The notes under the pieces were generated by a model. It did no database searches and was not told where the DNA came from. It saw only the letters and a program-made list of their open reading frames with translations. From positions 32,001-96,000 of the forward strand of contig CAXWPH010000002.1 in NCBI GenBank assembly GCA_963666055.2: 64,000 nucleotides of DNA, in the 5' to 3' direction. The position numbers and the translations under genes were made by a program. This document shows, one piece after another, positions 62,996 to 64,000 of the stretch (position 1 is its first letter; the number at the start of each line of letters is the position of its first letter). Origin of the DNA: Acidobacteriota bacterium (lineage in GTDB: Bacteria > Acidobacteriota > UBA890 > WLXD01).

Positions 62996-64000
62996 TCAGG
63001 CGCTGCGACGGATCTCGACGATCAAGGTCAGGCCGTCGATGCTGTGCTCCCGAGTGATCTCCGGAGTGGCGATCCCATCGGTAGAGATCTCGCTGAGCGT
63101 CTCGCCCTCGACAAGGTCGCGGTTCGCTTCCATGGCGGCGACGATCTCCGCCGCTGCGGCCTGGAATCCGACCTTGATGCGCGCTTCGACGGGAAGATCG
63201 AGATCCTTGCGCATGCGCTGGATGCGGTTGACCAGGTCCCGGGCGATACCCTCCGCTCGCAACGCATCGTCGAGTCGCGGATCGAGCGCCACCACGAGGT
63301 GGCCCTGGGCGGCGACCAGCGAGCCCTCTTCGGTGGGTTTCATGCGGACCTGCACGTCATCGGAGGAAAGCTCCACTCCGGCTACCTGAACCGTCTCCCC
63401 GAAGGCCAGTGCTCGGGCGGTAGCCGGGTCGAGGTGGCGCAGCGCTGCGGCCACCTCTTTGGCCTGGGCGCCGAGTCTTGGCCCCAGCGCCCGCATGTTG
63501 GGCACAACCTCGGGGCTCGCCACCTGGGTCGGGTCCTCGATGACCTCGAGCTGTTTGATGTTGAGCTCGTCGAGGATGACTGCGCTGCTGGCTTGCAGCC
63601 ACTCTGCCTCGTGGTGGCTGGTGGTGCCGACGCGGATGGCGCGCAGCGGTTGGCGGTTGCGTATCTTCGCCTGGCCGCGCAGGCTGCGTCCCATCTCGCA
63701 TACGACACGGGTCAGGTCGATGCGCCCCTCGATCTCCTGTTCGTGGGGCGTGAGCTCCCGGCGCGCCGGGACATCGCGCAGGTGCACGCTGTCGACAGCC
63801 TGCGTCTCGGGCGTGGCGCGTAGCATCTCGTATACATAGTCGGCCATGAACGGCGTGAAGGGCGCCATCAGCTCGGAGAACTGGAGCAACACGCCGTACA
63901 AAGTCGTGTAGGCGCTACGTTTGTCGTCGTCCGACTCCGACTTCCAAAACCGGCGCCGCGATCGGCGGATATACCAGTTGGTGAGATCGTCGAGGAACGC
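62996..64000 (-). CDS. ileS: Isoleucyl-tRNA synthetase, C-terminal part (type 2 / eukaryote-like)
   Basis: FLDDLTNWYIRRSRRRFWK, APFTPF, SVHL, KIRNRQPL, ELNIK, EGIARDLVNRIQRMRK; no C-terminal Zn finger. Confidence 0.92.
   Translation of the reverse strand, partial: AFLDDLTNWYIRRSRRRFWKSESDDDKRSAYTTLYGVLLQFSELMAPFTPFMADYVYEMLRATPETQAVDSVHLRDVPARRELTPHEQEIEGRIDLTRVVCEMGRSLRGQAKIRNRQPLRAIRVGTTSHHEAEWLQASSAVILDELNIKQLEVIEDPTQVASPEVVPNMRALGPRLGAQAKEVAAALRHLDPATARALAFGETVQVAGVELSSDDVQVRMKPTEEGSLVAAQGHLVVALDPRLDDALRAEGIARDLVNRIQRMRKDLDLPVEARIKVGFQAAAAEIVAAMEANRDLVEGETLSEISTDGIATPEITREHSIDGLTLIVEIRRSA

Overview
GC-rich bacterial chromosomal segment. An Acidobacteriota-like origin is inferred from the VWA-domain and PadR-type genes. 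It carries about 48 CDSs: housekeeping genes (meaB 3' end, typA, msrP, tag, leuACDB, a chorismate mutase-prephenate dehydratase-DAHP synthase fusion, trpF, alaX, corA, argF, ileS 3' end), a MacAB-type ABC exporter, a RelE-type toxin-antitoxin pair, and many secreted peptidases and amidohydrolases. I found no rRNA, tRNA, CRISPR array or transposase. The most interesting signals are non-coding. (1) A family of palindromic elements sits at CTAG stop codons: two 271-bp copies with co-varying 30-bp terminal inverted repeats, one ~185-bp element with different ends, and several remnants. The three full elements carry a spacing-conserved core GCGTYG-N7-TCRACGATG-N7-CATCGCCT-N10/11-CCTTG at the tips of their hairpin arms. 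(2) Two adjacent ribosome-dependent attenuators (Leu and Phe leader peptides, both absent from the ORF track) share upstream and internal motifs, suggesting a common origin. Four single-base frameshifts are probably sequencing or assembly errors.
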